DNA from: Leucoraja erinacea
Taxonomy: Eukaryota
Direction: 5' to 3'
Assembly (NCBI RefSeq): GCF_028641065.1
Contig: NC_073379.1
Coordinates: 39,990,001 to 40,054,000 of the forward strand
Length of the DNA stretch: 64,000 nt
The first letter of the stretch is position 1. Each line of letters starts with the position of its first letter. The position numbers and the translations under genes were made by a program. The notes under the pieces were generated by a model. The model was not told where the DNA came from. It was given only the letters and a program-made list of their open reading frames with translations, and did no database searches. This document shows positions 1-11,136 of this stretch, piece by piece.

Positions 1-122
1 GAGAAGGCAGGTACGGGATACTGAGTTGGATGATCAGCCATGATCATATTGAATGGCAGTGCAGGCTCGAAGGGCCGAATGGCCTACTCCTGCACCTAAT
101 TTCTATGTTTCTATGTTTCTAT
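1..122 (+). mobile_element. CR1 LINE 3' end (family A, (TTTCTATG)n tail)
   Basis: GAAGGGCCGAATGGCCTACTCCTGCACCT followed by (TTTCTATG)n; same 3' UTR as the RT-bearing copy at 19585-21610. Confidence 0.9.
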
Positions 123-145
123 CACTGCTCCCTAGAGGGAGCATA

Positions 146-615
146 CTATTCAGTATTCAGTATTCAGTATTCAGTATTTATTTAATATCATTTTAACTGA
201 GTACTTGCATACACAGATGAAACGAAAAAAACGTTTCTCAATCAGTTTCCATTCGGTGTAGTTAATAAAAACAGGATAAATACATAGAGCTTTAAAAAAA
301 TTAAAATTACCATATCTAAAAACAAAAAGTAGGCCTAAAAATTACATAAAAATAAAAACAGACATTCCGACCGACAGTGGCTTTGCTTTGACAGGTGCCC
401 AGCTGTGAAAGTATGGGCGAGGTTGAATGTGTTGGTGAACGATATATGGGGAGGGGACACAGTCCGTTAATCAGTCTTATTGCCTGTGGGAAGAAGCTGT
501 GGAGCATCCTGCTGGTTTTGCAGCTGATGCTCCTGTACCTCTTCCCAGATGGCAGAATGGAGAAAATGTGGTGTGATGGATTGTGGGGGTCCTTGATAAT
601 GGAGATGACTCTGCT
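146..615 (-). mobile_element. Rex1/Babar-type LINE 3' fragment with (CTGAATA)n tail
   Basis: Minus strand reads PHHIFSILPSGKRYRSI...HSFFPQAIRLIN, the typical Rex1/Babar ORF2 C-terminus; (TATTCAG)n array at 146-176. Confidence 0.75.
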
Positions 616-679
616 GACTACTGATACTACTATTTACAGTATGCCCAACCCCTATTTACAGTTCCTAAATGCATCACCT

Positions 680-960
680 CACATTTGTTAGGATTGAATT
701 CCATTTGCCAATGTTCTACCCACCATTCCATCTGATCTCCATACTGCTGTATTCTGCTTCAGCAACTTTCCTTGCTATCCACAAGATCAGCAACTCTCAA
801 GTCATCTGCAAAATTACTAATCATACCATCAAGCATCCAAATCATTCATATTATCAGAACAACAATGGTCCCAGTGCTAATCTTTGCAGTACCCCACTGT
901 TCAAAGATTTGCTATCAGAAGAGTACCCTTCCAGGCAGATGTCACTGTTTTCCCTGTTTT
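680..960 (-). mobile_element. Degenerate CR1 RT fragment
   Basis: GGTCCCAGTGCTAATCTTTGCAGTACCCCACTG is a decayed antisense GVPQGSVLGP; GTCATCTGCAAA is antisense FADD. Confidence 0.6.
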
Positions 961-1429
961 TATAATCACTAGTAACCTGACTATTGGAGTCAGAAATTAT
1001 TCAGCAGTTCAGTCCTTCCAAAGACGATGTATTCTTTGAAAGGTGTAGTGGCCAGAAATACTCTAGATGTGGTCTAATTGGGGCCCTGTTTTGATTGTCT
1101 TGGAATCTTATTTGATAAATTGTGTGATTTTAATCTCTTTTTAATTTGTAGCATAACAGATTGCAATTCATAGCTCACGCTGGGTTAATAAATAGACTTT
1201 TCCCTTGGATTGTGTAGAGATACTTGAACTGAATTCCAGTCCAAAACACCTCCAATTTTAACCACTCAGATGCCAAATTAATTACCCGGTTGCTGTTTGC
1301 CAAAGTTTACTCTGCTTAAGTAGGTTGCACGACTCTGAGCAGGAACAACTGCTGGTTGAGGTACTGATTATAATATCCTTTGACTGCTGGAAGTTGCGAT
1401 AGAATGACATTTACTTTCGTTCAAGTGCT

Positions 1430-1730
1430 GTTTAGTTTAGAGATGCAGTGTGGAAACAGGTCCTTCAGCCCACTGAGTTTGTGCCGACTAGCGATCTCCG
1501 CCCATTAACGCTATCCTACATACGAAGGGCCGAATGGCCTACTCCTGCACCTATTTTACAATTTTTACCAAAGCCAATTAACCTACAAACCTGTACATCT
1601 TTGGAATGTGGGAGGAGACCAAGCACCCAAAGAAAACCCACACAGTCACAGGGAGAACGTACAAACTCCATACAGACAGTACTTGTAGTCAGGATCGAAC
1701 CTGCGTCTCTGGCACTGTAAAGCAGCAACT
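1430..1730 (-). mobile_element. HE1-like tRNA-derived V-SINE
   Basis: Antisense tRNA-like head (CAGGATCGAACC, B box), conserved core ACCTACAAACCTGTACATCTTTGGAATGTGGGAGG, CR1-like tail; several homologous copies in the window. Confidence 0.85.
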
Positions 1731-2079
1731 GTTGGAATGGCAAGTATTTGTCCAGCAGGTGTTAATGGTGGACACTGAACAATTGCCCCATAGAGAGGGG
1801 CAACTGGAATTGTAAGCCTTTATTGGATGAGGTCAAGGGCCTCCAGTTGTTTAGTATTCAACATCTGCAGTCGCTGGTGTCTCATATATAATGTCAAATT
1901 TTCTTGTTAATTATTTATTTTCTGTTTCATTGTTTTAAGATGTCTCAGGTTTTTAAATGCTGTTTATGTTTAAAAAAGTTTATTCGTGTTTCTGCACATT
2001 AATATTCAGAGCACTTTAAAATATTTAGGCGTTTGGCAGTTCTGACTGAATACTGCATGGTGGCATGAATATATCACTT

Positions 2080-2820
2080 GTGGAGACATTGAGTCAAACA
2101 TTATGGATACAAACCCTTCGACCCAACTTGTCCATGCCATACAAGATAACCCATCTAAGCTAGTCCCATTTGCCTGCATTTGACCCAAATCCCTCTCAGC
2201 CCCTTCTACCCATGTACCTGTCGAAATGTCCTTTAATTGTCATTATAGTACTTGCCTCACCCACTTGCTCTTGCAGCTTAAGGCATACAAATACCGTCCT
2301 TAGTAGGAAAAAGATGCCTCTCAGCTTCGTATTAAATCTTTCCCCTCCCACCTTAAATCTATGCCCGCTAGTTCTTGATTTCCCAACCCTGGGAAAATGG
2401 CTCTATGCATTTACCTCATCTCTGCCCTTGATGATTTTACACACCCCAGTAAATTCACCCCAGTCTCCTGTTATCTGGCGTGCCCATCCAAGCTCCATCA
2501 CAGTGTTCAGTGAAAACTTTGTGACATGACTTTGATTAGCATGTCAGTTGTATGAAAATTTGCCCCTCCGGTTCCTATTAAATCTTTCCCCCTCACCTTA
2601 AACCTATGTTCTCTGGTTCTCAATTCCCCAACTCTGTAAAAGACTTTATGCATTTCCTCAATCTATTCCTCTCATGACCTCACAAATCTCTATAAGATCA
2701 CCCCGTCACCCTCCTGCAATCCAAGGAATAAAGTCCAAGCCTGCTCCACCTCTTCCTATAGCTCTGGCCCTCGAGTCCTGGCAACATCCTCATAAAACTT
2801 TTCTGCATCCTTTCCAGCTT
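2080..2820 (-). mobile_element. Older CR1 3' fragments (two pieces)
   Basis: Antisense ORF2 C-terminus/3' UTR motifs (TTAAATCTTTCCCCTC..CCTTAAA occurs twice). Confidence 0.65.
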
Positions 2821-3169
2821 AACATTATTAATGAGTTAAAATTCAGTGAAATCTGCCTGTTTTGCACACACCGTCTCACCGCTCACCATGGCAATGTTGA
2901 AAGGGCCCCATCACTTCCTCCTTCTGAAAATTCTAAGCAAAACGTTGCATCTGAGAGGGTAATCACGGTAAAACCAGTGAATGCTGGAAATCGATCTGCT
3001 GATTTAGTGGATTCCATTTAGAAAGGGAAAAAACCCGGAGTTAAAGCCCTGCAGTTCAGAGATGAATGGGCAAACTCACACAGAAATGTTTAACTCTGTT
3101 CATCTCTGCACCGATGCTGACTGATCTGCTGAGTATTTTCAACATTTTCCATTTTAACACAACCTTCTG

Positions 3170-3482
3170 AAGCTTAGTTTGGTTTATTAATTTGGAGATA
3201 TAGCACAGAACAGGCCCTTTGGCCCACCGAGTCCATGCCAACCAGCAATTCCAGCATCACTAACGCTATCCTATACACAATAGGGACAATTTACAATTAT
3301 ACCAAGCCAATCAACCTACAAACCTGTACGTCTTTGGACTGTGGGAGAAAACCAGAGATCACAGTGAAAACCCATGCAGGTCATGGTTTTAATATACAAC
3401 CTCTGAACAGACGACACCCACAGTCAGGATCGAACCAGGGTCTCTGGCGCTGTAAGGCAGCAACTCTACCGCCGCACCACTG
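3170..3482 (-). mobile_element. HE1-like V-SINE
   Basis: Homologous to 1430-1730; antisense head GTGGTGCGGCGGTAGAGTTGCTGCCTTACAGCGCCAGAGACC. Confidence 0.85.
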
Positions 3483-3489
3483 GGCACCA

Positions 3490-6400
3490 CCAAGTGGAAT
3501 CTGTGTGTGAAACACTTAAACAGATAAACCATAAATGGTAGAAAGACATGGGTTATTAACAACTTGATGCTAACTTGCATACCATTGCCCTTAATCGGAC
3601 CACAGTCCCAATTGGCTTTGAGTTAGACAATAACTCATGCAACACTGTTCAGAATTCTATCTGCAATCATACAGGCATATTCAACCAAATTTTATAAATT
3701 GTAAAAGCGCACTATGTAAGCCTCCTGCTGTCGCAAGAAGATGATCAAATGGGAATATTCATTCTATTGACTACTAATGAGCTACCATCAATCTCTTGAG
3801 AAAACTATTAAATAACAATGAAGAAACTATCCTTCATCTCATAGGTACGAGCAAGCTCAGTTTACCTGTATACATAATAACACCCCCAATCTCCGATCTG
3901 GTGGGTATGGCTGATCACTTCCACCTTTGTAAGCAACCATCAAAAGGGGCATCTGACAGGTAAATGCAGGAAGATTGTTGAATGTTGGGGAAGTCCAGCT
4001 GTTCAAGGGGTCACAGCTTAGGAAAGGGGGAAAGTTTAAAACCCGAGATGAGGAGAACTTTTTTCACACAGAGAGTGGTGAATCTCTGGAACTCTCTGCC
4101 ACAGAGGGTAGTTGAGGCCAGTTCATTGGCTATATTTAAGAGGGAGTTAGATGTGGCCCTTGTGGCCAAGGGTATCAGAGGGTTATGGAGAGAAGGCAGG
4201 TACGGGATACTGAGTTGGATGATCAGCCATGATCATATTGAATGGCTCAAAGGGCCGAATGGCCTACTCCTGCACCTAATTTCTATGTTTCTATGCCCGT
4301 TTTGCTTTATGAGATCTTTCCCATAACAAGGACCCTCATGTCAATTATGACCAAGAGACCGAGCCAGAGATTAAAAACTGTACTTTGTGCTGGAATCAGG
4401 GAGAAAACCGGAGCATAATCAACTTAAAACTGCCCCATTAGGGTCATGGTAGATGATATACAACCTGCTGAATAATTTACATATACATTCACACTACTAT
4501 GAACCAGGATTTTAGAGCGCTCATATAAAAGACACCAACTCTAACGTTACACCAGCGGGGAACACCAAGTGGAATCTGTCCCACTTAAACACACTAACAG
4601 AGAATGACAAAATTGCAGAAAGCATGTCAATTGTGCTCTTGATGCTAATCGGCTCTCTAAGCCCAAACTGAAAGAAAACAAACCTCTGCTACTTCTGTTT
4701 AAAGTAGCCCACATGTTTTCTTCACAAACTTCCCATACATTCGTGCAGAGCTAGCTGCACGAGAAATAGTCTGAACTAGCCATCACTCGTGACTTCGAGT
4801 AATTAGGAGCTTCGATCAGCCGCTTTTACCATGGACACCCTGAATGACTAGGCTAAATTGGCCCTATTAAGTTTCATGTTGCCTCATCCTTAATATCGTA
4901 AGAGGCATCTACTGATAAAACCCCTGAGTCTTATCAGTTACAAATTTTGCATGACACAATGTCATTTGATCTGAGTAGGGCAGAATTAGCTTTAGAATCT
5001 TTGTAAATAGCCTAGGTCTGAAGACAACCCCTAGGTAGAGCCTAAACGTTCCACCACTGGCTTTGTCATCAAAACACCAGATATATCTGTGCCTCTCGTA
5101 TATAGATATGGCAAAGTATGCATCTTCAAGATCGATTGAGGCCTTAATCCTCTGAATCAGCTAAATTGCTGAAAGACAATTATCCATCTTAAATTGGGTA
5201 ACCAAACACATGATCAGACTAGCCAAATCCTAACCTGATTTGTCATGCTCCACTTTTCTGCAACCTTGAGAAATATCAGAAATATACCTTTCTGGTTCTT
5301 GGGCAGACTACTCATCCTTTGTGAGACGTCTCTGTTTCCACTTGGGTAACCATCGTTTCCTCTATACACCGTACGGACCGAAATCTTTGGCTTCTCTTGC
5401 CGCAGAAGATGCATTTATCTATTTATTTATTTATTTATTTCGCTCATACCATATCATCAGATCCTAATGACTAGAGTTGAAACACAACATCCACTTGATG
5501 TGGGAATACGAGTTCCCTGTCAACTCCTGACTGTCAGTCACCACGAATTCTCAGCCTACTTCCTCAGAGTGGAAAATAGCATAACGCAACCCTGAACCAG
5601 GAATTGCTCCGCAGTCCTCTCAGTGAAACCACCTGCCTCAGTCACCAGTGTGCGCAACACACTCTCTTCGACCAGCCACTCAATCAGGAATACTGGTATT
5701 GAGAGCCTACCGATTATTATATATATATTTTCTATTCACAACATGACCGGCAGGTCAGATAAAAAATGCTACATTTCGGCTGGTAGCTACCTATCCCAGA
5801 GAGGATGGCAATGATGTTTCCAACAAACTGGCAACTCTATTAACTGAGCTGAAAGAATTAACCATGTGTTGAGGGAAACCTCAAACTACGCCACTCTACT
5901 GAGCAGCCTGATAACCTCAACGACAGTTGTTGAGGCAGTGCTCCCCTGGTCAATATGTTCCATATGGCCAGCCAGTTCCAAGATGGTCTAACCTGAATCA
6001 GGGTAGCTAAGCTGTTCCTACTTGGAACTTACAGAGGTTGCTGTGCAAGGCACTCTGCCAATGTCTCTGCATCAAACTGATCTTCTCCAGAGACAGTGAA
6101 AGGTACCAGACAGCCCATGCTGCAAGTAAATCCAAACCCGGGCCGACAGACTGCTCCATTGCGGAGTTCTACGGAGGTTAATAAGAGACCTTATCTGCCA
6201 GTGTCTCTGAGCCCAGGTCGACCTCCTTGTTGGAGCTTCAGCGAAGTTCCATTGCAGACCCTGTCTGATCACATCTTCAGTCCCACGCTTGCCAAACAGC
6301 TCGTTTCCGAAGCTCAAAAGTGATATTGCTGTGCAAGGCAGGCCTGCCAGCATTTGGGAGCCCAATGGGACAGACTACTTCTTCGGCCTACAGCCTCTTT

Positions 6401-7762
6401 AGAGCCTTTCTGGAGCATTAATGTGCAGGTCACGCTATCAGTTATTCCCAACCTGGTTTGACAGGCCGCTCCTTTGACTCTTTCTGCTCCTTCAGAGCCT
6501 AGCAGAGCTCACTGAACAGGTCACACCTGCCATAACTCCGAGCCTGCCTCGACAGGCTACTCCTGCGGCCTTCTGCCTTTTTTTGAAGCCTTTGCTGGAG
6601 CTGACTGTGCAGAACGCGCTGCCAGTTTCTCCCAGCCTGGATCGACAGGCTGCTCCTTTGGCCAGGCTGCTCCTTTGGAACCTCAGCGGCTCAGTGGACA
6701 GGTCACGCCTGCCATTACTTCAAACCTGGTTCAACAAGCTGTTCTTGCGAGGCCAGCTATTCACTCCCGACTGCTCCTTTCCAGAGCTTCAAAGGCGCTT
6801 TCTGCTCCTTGAATACAGGGTGAAAACCCGCCGGAATGCTGGAGCTTTACCCACATAGAATGGTACTCCACCCCCCCCCATTAGTTCAGGGATTTGATTT
6901 CCTTATCGATATCCACATAGTTGTAATCACCTCTTCTGAGCGGGAGATATTATAACGCAAACCTGAGCTAGGTATTGCTTCCCTTCTTCTGAGCGGGAGA
7001 TATTATAATGCAACCCTGAGCCAGGTGTTGCTCCCACAGGCATCTGACTGACACAGCCTGTAAATGTCTCCTGAGCTAGGAGCACATTTCCTTTTTCCCT
7101 TTTATTTATTTATTCATCCATTTATTTTTTCTTTATTTATTTGTTTGTTTGTTTATTTATTTATTTACTCACTAGACAGGTTGCACCTGCTAGTGACTCC
7201 GAGTCCTTGCTCCCTTCTGGAGCCTCAACGGAGTTTCTTAGGAGAGGAAATAGAACGCAACCCTGAACCAGGTGTTGCCTCTTCAGGCCTCTGGCTGACG
7301 CCCTTTCGGAGCTCCAATCTGTACAGGCATTGACCGTCAGATGCTCTGAACAGCCACCTGCTCCAGTGGAGCCCCATTCTGCCACAGCAGTCGATGTCCT
7401 GGCAGCCGCTATTTTTAAAAAACCGCCAGCTCCTGCTGAGCCTCCACAACGGTCTATGTACCGGCCGCGCTGGCAGCCGCTATTTTTATCCCGCCAGCTC
7501 CTTACGGAGCCTCCACAGCGGCCTCTCCAACTCCGGCCGCCTGCTCCCATTTGGAGCTCCAACGGCGGCAGCTGAACAGGCTGTGCCTGTCAGCTTCTCC
7601 GGGCCAGCTGCACCTCAGTGGCCCGTTCCTGAAAACAAAATTGTCTTACCTGCCGGAGCAGTTTCGAACTGCTCCGATTCCCGCGCCATGCGTCGACGTA
7701 TTGACGCGCATGTGGGCTGGCGGGCTCTTCATGTAGTCACTCACGTGAATTCAAAATAAAAT
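3490..7762 (-). mobile_element. Degenerate DIRS1-type retrotransposon (copy 1)
   Basis: Antisense RT motifs ASIDLEDAYFAI (~5105-5142) and GLSS..RLFTKILK (~4990-5030); terminus 7726-7762 TCTTCATGTAGTCACTCACGTGAATTCAAAATAAAAT matches the copy-2 terminus at 14765-14801; left boundary uncertain. Confidence 0.7.
3945..4295 (+). mobile_element. CR1 family A 3' fragment
   Basis: ORF 3982-4326 FFTQRVVNLWNSLPQRVVEA; TTTCTATG tail. Confidence 0.9.
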
Positions 7763-10700
7763 GTCCTATGGGCTCCAGTAGCAGTCAATGTTCAGTGACA
7801 TGTAGAGAAAACTAATGAGTCACAGTTGTTGGGAATTGACATTTTAAATGTAGCAATGTATTGACTATCCTACTTGTGGAAGCTCATGTTCTTAATAAAA
7901 CTGCTTTAGCAGTATATTCTTGATTGTCCTTTTGCTTGTGGAAAATTTGCATGATGTCATGTCAGAAGTTAATTCCAGCAATCATTTCCATAATTTAGTT
8001 TAGTGACTCATCTTTAAGCATGGCATAATTTCAAGGAATTGAAGCACAGCTATGAAACTATAGATAGAAAAATACTTGCATTTGTATGATGCCTATCACT
8101 TGTTCAGAAACAACTGTGTAGCTGGTTGCACAAATCATGATCTCACAAACCAACCAGTCAGGTGAATCTGGTGAATGGTCTGTTTTGTTGCCAAATGCTG
8201 ACTAGAGCAATGGAGAAGAAATACCTTAATCCAGAGTTTGAGGACTTTCTTCTGAAAGATGCGTCCCAACACTCCAGTGTTCATTCAGTACTGCTCTGAA
8301 GCAACAGAACCACAGCATAGTTAGTCTATCTTTAACCAAGCATAAATGTCTCAACTAAACATTCTGTCTCTGAGTTATCAAACAAAGTATTGAAACAGAT
8401 GCCCAAATGTTTGTTGATAAGGGAAGTCCTTAAGTGGCAACTTAAAGGAGCCGAAGAGGTTTAGGGAGGCTGTACGGTTACCAAGGGTGGAGCAATTAAA
8501 TTCAGATGTGGGGAAGAGGCCAGAGTTATTAAACAGTGGGAGCTAGGGTCCTGACGCAAAATATAGCTTGTCCAGTCCTTCCGCAGATGCTGCCTGACCC
8601 GCTGATTTCCTCCTGCACTTCGTGTTTTATTCACGATTCCAGCAACTGCAGTTCCTTGTGTCTACTTGTAAAAACTTTTAATACAATGGGAGACAAATGG
8701 TCCAAACTCAGCCATTTAACGTAATTAGTAAAATGATGGATGACATTGGATATTAGGCCAGAAGAAAAGAAAACGTAACTCAAACAGCTTGTAATTAAAC
8801 TGCACCCTTAACATATTAAATAACCCTAGGCACTTCGGAACATAATTAGACAATATTTAACACTATGATGTTTGAAGAGATATTATGATTAAGTCAGTTG
8901 TTAAAAATGTGAGTTTTAAGGAGTGTGTGAAAGGATGAGAGTAATTCTGATAAATTTATGGAGACATTTTAGAACCCAACATTTAGGCAGCTGAATCTTT
9001 AGCCACAGGTGATGCAACAAAATAAATTGAGGAAACGTGGGTGGCTAGAATTAGAATGTAGACATTTGATCAGCTGTAAGGCTGGAAACGATTATAGACA
9101 AATAAGAGATCAAAAGCAATGGAAAAAAATTAAAAATGAGAATTTTAACATCACATTGTTTCTTAACCAAGAGCCAGTGGAGGCTGGCAAAAATAAATTC
9201 CAAAGATTGATCACTCAGTTCCTAAAGTGGACCAATGGTGCTCCTATTTTAATTTTGGAGCCAGTGAGCCGTGGCTAATGCAAGAAAATTAATGCATGGT
9301 TTTCGTTCAGTTTTAATATCTAATCTTGAATAGTCAAATTCCCTCCAATTGTGTCAAGTCCCATGTACCCATTAAATCTTCTGGATGTATAAAATCCAGT
9401 CATTCCCCTCTGGCTGCTCAGCCACCTCCATCAATTTGCAAGCGAAATCAGCACAGCCTCTGCTGCTTCAAGAATCAACTTGCAGCACCAAATCAGCTCC
9501 ACACTTTGCACTCATTGTTGCTGCAGTTTATTAAGTCTAATCATCTTTTATTCTGTGGGTTTCAGTTCATTCTGTAAGACTGCCTTTCAGAGAGCTTTAT
9601 GTTTTTTCTATATCTATCTCTTTAACCATTCAGCGTATGGTATTCTTTAATTAAGTTTATTTTATGTAAAATATTGCGGCACAAAAAGAGCCCCTTCGAC
9701 TCAAATGGTCCCATGTATTTATCTTGATGTGATCCAATTATACTCCACACGAGTTCCACTATGATCCAGTTTTAAAATATCCTAAGAATTTGACCATCGA
9801 AAAACAGATTTTTAAATGATTTTGTTCTGCTGCAGGAAACAGTATTATCTCTGTTCTTTTATTCTCCCACCCTGCGACAATGCCATTGTCCAGCCTTTCC
9901 CTCATTTCACTGGCTGTCACTAAAAGAACAATGGCCCTAAAATGCAAATTAATTCTGTCAGCCAGGCTCAGGTGATGTATGATTTGAATTGAAAAAGATT
10001 TTAGGCAATTTCTGGAATCATTTCGTTCTGAAATAGAAATAACTGTTGAGAATGATTACACGATGAAAATCAATCATCACTGGAAAAATGCCAAGTAAAT
10101 TATTTCAGTCCTTCTCATGGGGTAAGATGAGATGTTGTTTTCTTTCTATTTATTCACGCGTACTTTCTGAATTCAGATTTAAAAGAGAAGAAAATATCCC
10201 GTTTTTACGGATCAAACTGGTATAGTCCCTTATTTCTATATTTATTCATGGCACAGGAGAACCCCAGGCCAGGTCAGTATTTAATAACCATTTCTAAATG
10301 CTCCAGAAAAGGTGTTTATTATGTTCTTCTTGAGCTGCTGCAGTCTTTCTAGAGAAGATACTCCCATTGTGCCAACATGGAGGAAGTTTCAGAATTTAGA
10401 CCAGTGACAGGAGAGGAAAGGTGATTTATTTCCTAGGTGAATACTTATCACTTGATTATTGCTGGGTCTAATTCCTCGAGCTTCTGGCTCAATATTGTGG
10501 GAGTATCTTTACTAGAGGTACTGCAACTGTTCACGTTGGCTGCTCACTACTACCTTCTAAGAATCAGTTAAATTATAGCCTTTTCTTAAGATCCACATAA
10601 TAGTTAAAACATGTTAGGAAGCTATTCAGGTGGAGGGTAACCTGCAAATGTGCATATTCCCATGCGACTGTTGCCCTTGTGGTAGGGGCAATAGATTGGG

Positions 10701-11136
10701 AGATGATGTTGGAGAGTCCTCACTGCATTGCTTCAGTGTAGCTTGTAAATGGTTTCTACGGGGTCGAGGGATTGAATTGGCAATTGCTGTATGCATTACA
10801 TTTTCCATTGTTGCTTAATACATTTTTATCCACCTCTACAATTAAACTTCATTCATCCGAATGTTCAATATCTTCTGTCATAGAGATCAGATGAAAAGTC
10901 ATTGACCAAAATCATCAACCTTTTTTCGCTCTCTGCAGATACTTCTATATTGGTAGTGTCATCCCAACAGTTACTTGTCAGATTTTTATCATCCACATTT
11001 TATTTTTGCTTTTGCATTATTGTCTGTCTGAAGCAAAGGCAAAGATCAGACTCTGAAAATTCCAACAAGTATTGTCCAACAACAATCCCAACATTTTGGG
11101 ATGAGCCACTGTCTGTTATGTGCTCTCCTGACAAGA

